Shown: piece by piece, positions 50,162 through 53,527 of the stretch
How positions within the stretch are numbered: the first letter of the stretch is position 1
Layout of the letters: each line of letters starts with the position of its first letter
Source: Bdellovibrionota bacterium
Lineage (GTDB): Bacteria > Bdellovibrionota_C > UBA2361 > JBGSMV01
Direction of reading: 5' to 3'
DNA length: 53,527 bases
Assembly: GCA_044356455.1 (NCBI GenBank)
Contig: JBIKWF010000017.1
Location: 1-53,527, forward strand
Translations under genes and position numbers: made by a program
Notes under the pieces: model-generated
The model's input: only the letters and a program-made list of their open reading frames with translations
Told to the model about the DNA's origin: nothing
The model's database searches: none

Positions 50162-50884
50162 ATGACTCAATTAAGTTTGAATATCACGCCCTGCGTTTCA
50201 TACGGACCTGATCATTTTGTCGCGCACGAGGGGCTTAAGGAGGTGCTTCTTAGTACGCAGTGCTTCCTGAGTAGCGGGTTCCTGCGTGATACTCAAAATG
50301 AGAACCAAAAGTTTCAGATAGTTTTTGTCCAGGGCGGCGCAAGGACGGGTAAGACGCATTTTTCAATCTTCCTCAGTGATGTACTATCCAAAGCGGGCAG
50401 GTATCCTCATCTCATTGAGGCGACCAAGGACCTAAAGCTCAGTGAGGTGCTCCTCTCCCGCCAGGTGTCCGCGGCCGATGTTTTTATCATTGACGATGCG
50501 GAAGATTACCTCGCAGCCCTGCAGCCAGGAATGTCGGGAGATTTCGTGAGCTTTATTGAGGCGCTTCGAGTTAAGGGCGCAGGCGTGGTTCTTCTCAGTT
50601 CTGAACCGCTAGAGAGTTTCCCCTGTGACGAACACGTAAAGAGCAGGATCCTTCCTGGGGTAGGTCCTGTTATCAGTGCACCGCTTGAATCAGAGGTTCC
50701 TGAGATGCTCAAAGTCCTGGCCCGCCAAAGGGGCATTGCGCTTAGCGATCGGAAAGTAGAGTTCCTTGAAAGAAGGCTGCCAAGAGACATAGAGCAGCTA
50801 GAGGCGTACCTTGACCGGGTCCAGTACATTTCCCATGTAACCGGAAAACCAGTGAGATTTCCAATCCTTGGGGATGCTCTATAA
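50162..50884 (+). CDS. DnaA/Hda-like AAA+ protein
   Basis: QLSL clamp-binding-like N-terminus, GGARTGKTH, IIDD, SR, RLPRDIEQL. Confidence 0.75.
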   Translation: MTQLSLNITPCVSYGPDHFVAHEGLKEVLLSTQCFLSSGFLRDTQNENQKFQIVFVQGGARTGKTHFSIFLSDVLSKAGRYPHLIEATKDLKLSEVLLSRQVSAADVFIIDDAEDYLAALQPGMSGDFVSFIEALRVKGAGVVLLSSEPLESFPCDEHVKSRILPGVGPVISAPLESEVPEMLKVLARQRGIALSDRKVEFLERRLPRDIEQLEAYLDRVQYISHVTGKPVRFPILGDAL

Positions 50885-51060
50885 CGCTTGGTTAGCCTCA
50901 GCTTAAAGGCTGCTTCCCCTATCTCAGCTATCTTAAGTTTATGCCCCAGCACTGGGCCTTTTCCCTCCGATTTGCTAAGGTCCCGGACACGCTGATAGTT
51001 TTAACCCGTCTGCTTTAGGCAGGGTGTGGTTACGTAGTTGGGGACTTGGAGATAAGACGC

Positions 51061-52332
51061 ATGAATAAGCGCCGAGTAGTTATCACCGGAATGGGGATGA
51101 TTTGTCCTCTCGGAAACACCACACCTCAGGTTTGGGCAGCTGCTCAGGCTGGAGTATCTGGAATTGGTAAGATAACTCGTTTCGATGCCTCGCAATTTGC
51201 TACCCAGATTGTGGGTGAGGTTAAGGGTTTTGAGCCAACCAAGTTTCTTGAGACCAAGGAAGTTAAAAAACACGACCTGTTCTCTCAGTACGCTATCGCG
51301 GCGGGGCAAGAGGCGTGGGAAGACGCGGGGTTCCCCAATCCTCCTGCCGAAGGGCAGGTCACTGAGATTGGACCGTACAGCCCGACTCGAGTGGGATGTG
51401 TCCTAGGGATTGGCATTGGTGGCATGGGCATCTTTGAGAAATACCACCAAGCCTTTCTTGAGGGTGGTCCGCGAAAGATTTCGCCTTTTCTTGTTCCCGC
51501 GATGATTAGCAACCTGGGACCCGGTAATCTTGCCATTCGATTTGGCTTAAGAGGGGTGAATTTCACCGTTACGAGTGCCTGCACTTCTTCTACGCATGCG
51601 CTTGGAGAAGCTGCGCGCATGATTGCGATTGGTGCCCAGGACATGATGGTGACTGGCGGAGCGGAAGCTGCGGTTACGCCAATCGGAGTAGGGGGATTCT
51701 GTGCGATGAAGGCCCTTTCAACTCGCAATGAAGAGCCGACTAAGGCTTCGCGTCCTTTTGATCGCGACCGCGACGGATTTGTTCTTGGAGAAGGCGCGAC
51801 GATTATTGTTCTCGAAGAATACGAGCACGCAAAACGCCGAGGGGCAAAGATATATTGTGAGGTTGCCGGTTACGGGGCCTCTTGCGATGCCTATCACATC
51901 ACCGCTCCTTCGCCTGACGGCATGGGCGCCTTTATGTGTATGTCGGACGCTCTCAAGGACGCGGGCATGAAGCCTGAGGACGTGGGGTATGTGAATGCGC
52001 ATGGCACCTCGACCCCGCATAATGATGTTACTGAATCCCTCGGTGTAAAGAAGGTCTTTGGTGACTGGGCTTATAAGGGCCTGCTCGTGAGCTCAACGAA
52101 GTCCATGACGGGGCATCTGCTCGGAGCCGCTGGCGCTATTGAAGCGGGTTTCTGCGCCCTTGCAATTCGTGACGGCGTTGTTCCCCCAACCATTAACCTA
52201 GATAATCCTGGCGAAGGTTGTGACCTTGATTTCGTTCCCCACAAAGCTCGTAAGGTAGATCTCAAAGCGGCGATGTCGAATTCATTTGGATTCGGTGGAA
52301 CCAATGCTTCTGTGATTCTTAAGGCTTGCTGA
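51061..52332 (+). CDS. fabF: 3-oxoacyl-ACP synthase II
   Basis: RRVVITG, SACTSS, NAHGTST, KSMTGHLLGA, SNSFGFGG. Confidence 0.97.
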   Translation: MNKRRVVITGMGMICPLGNTTPQVWAAAQAGVSGIGKITRFDASQFATQIVGEVKGFEPTKFLETKEVKKHDLFSQYAIAAGQEAWEDAGFPNPPAEGQVTEIGPYSPTRVGCVLGIGIGGMGIFEKYHQAFLEGGPRKISPFLVPAMISNLGPGNLAIRFGLRGVNFTVTSACTSSTHALGEAARMIAIGAQDMMVTGGAEAAVTPIGVGGFCAMKALSTRNEEPTKASRPFDRDRDGFVLGEGATIIVLEEYEHAKRRGAKIYCEVAGYGASCDAYHITAPSPDGMGAFMCMSDALKDAGMKPEDVGYVNAHGTSTPHNDVTESLGVKKVFGDWAYKGLLVSSTKSMTGHLLGAAGAIEAGFCALAIRDGVVPPTINLDNPGEGCDLDFVPHKARKVDLKAAMSNSFGFGGTNASVILKAC

Positions 52333-52385
52333 CGAATCGAGGAGCAGCTCTAAATCAGGCCCGGGGAACTTCCCGTAAGATTCCC

Positions 52386-52415
52386 CTTAGTGGTCTCTGT
52401 GGTCTTAGTGGTTGT
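52386..52415. repeat. 9-nt periodic dispersed repeat
   Basis: Exact reverse complement of 35123-35152. Confidence 0.75.
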
Positions 52416-52475
52416 CCATCGACTTTTTTTCAACCAATGAGGTTTTGGCTGCCTTTGTCCCTCTTGTAAGCGCCT

Positions 52476-52700
52476 ATGTCTCCCAAGGACGACTTTCTTG
52501 ATGAGCGTCAGCGGGCCGAGGATATACTCCTTGGCTCTCTTGGTTTTGCCGAGGAGGCGAAGATTGTTTTTGTTGAGCGCGCCGAAGTCGGCTACCGTGG
52601 AACCGGAGCGTTTACCGATGGGGAACGCTTTGAGTTTTCCTCCGAGGAGGAACTAGGGGAGCTCGAGGAATGGGCCCTCTCAATTCTTGTAAAAAAATGA
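52476..52700 (+). CDS. Small acidic hypothetical protein
   Basis: 74-aa ORF with ATGA overlap to the next gene. Confidence 0.55.
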   Translation: MSPKDDFLDERQRAEDILLGSLGFAEEAKIVFVERAEVGYRGTGAFTDGERFEFSSEEELGELEEWALSILVKK

Positions 52701-53206
52701 CGTATCCTTTGAGAGATAAACTGCCCGATCAAGAGGCGAAGAGGGAAGGGGATAGCCTGAAGACCTCGAGTCCAATCGCTCGGCAAGAGATAGACAAAAG
52801 TAGCGCGGTTCGCGCGCGTGCTGAAGAGAGGAACGTTGTGGCGCGCTTTCTTTATGTTTCTCTCGGGTGGTGCGCGCTTGGAGTGGGAGCGGTGGGCGTC
52901 GTCGTTCCACTTCTTCCTACGACCCCATTTATTTTGCTTGCCGCGCTTCTCTTTTCTAAGGGCTCGCCAGAACTTCACGAGTGGCTTCAGAACACGCGCC
53001 TGGCAGGGAGAATAATTCGGGATTGGGAAGCCCATGGCGTGATTCGCCTACGAGCCAAGGTCATCTCAACTGTAATGATGGTAGGGCTAATAAGTTATCC
53101 CCTGATATTTAAAGAGATGCCAATCGCCTTTAAATTCGTGGCGGTATTTACGATGGTGGGAGTACTTTCGTTTATTTGGACCAGGCCCTCTGCTCCCAGA
53201 GTTTAA
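52697..53206 (+). CDS. YbaN/DUF454 family membrane protein
   Basis: GVVVPLLPTTPFILLAA..FSKGSP..H.WL motif. Confidence 0.88.
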   Translation: MTYPLRDKLPDQEAKREGDSLKTSSPIARQEIDKSSAVRARAEERNVVARFLYVSLGWCALGVGAVGVVVPLLPTTPFILLAALLFSKGSPELHEWLQNTRLAGRIIRDWEAHGVIRLRAKVISTVMMVGLISYPLIFKEMPIAFKFVAVFTMVGVLSFIWTRPSAPRV

Positions 53207-53527
53207 GCTGCGTGAAGAGATGTGTAGAGATTGGCCTGTCCTTAGCTACCCCGTCCTGCTTAGCGCATGCCATGAGAGTAGAAAACAAAGTTAATCCATG
53301 GAGATCAATAAGGGAGTCGTGACGAAATAGTTCTCTTCCTACTTGAATGTTCGAGGAAACTCTGTGGATGGGGTTAAGAAGGGATTAGCGCGGAGACACG
53401 GAGACCGCGGAGGGGAGGTAGAATCGAGATTTTGCTCAGCTCTGTGCCTTAGCATAATTGCTAGTAATCCTGAACATTCGCAAACAAAATCCTGGTGAAA
53501 CCTAGAAAGTTACAAATTTGCAGGCGA

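Overview
Bacterial chromosomal window of mid-range GC. It probably comes from a motile Bdellovibrionota/Deltaproteobacteria-related lineage; this is inferred from the prfA-prmC-murA synteny and the gene content. Core genes include cheY/cheZ, tsaC/sua5, aceB-aceA, phhA, a DAHP synthase, groES-groEL, LD-carboxypeptidase-ddl-serine hydrolase-prfA, prmC, murA, an hda-like gene and fabF. The best candidate for an undescribed system is a tightly coupled 7-gene operon (202-7051). It encodes four membrane proteins (two look like remote paralogues with opposite predicted topology), a GlmL/MutL-type ASKHA ATPase and a barrel-sandwich/KOW protein, and no glutamate mutase subunits lie in the window, which suggests an uncharacterised ATP-coupled membrane machine. 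Other highlights: (1) IS5-type MITEs, with filled and empty CTAG target sites side by side; (2) a PvcA/Dit1 isonitrile synthase between ~400-bp composite direct repeats next to phhA; (3) an ~11.7-kb accessory block splitting prfA from prmC; (4) two tandem small paralogues resembling T3SS needle/rod subunits; (5) a MurA with Asp in place of the catalytic Cys. No tRNA, rRNA or CRISPR array was recognised. All calls come from reading motifs by eye; no database searches were run.
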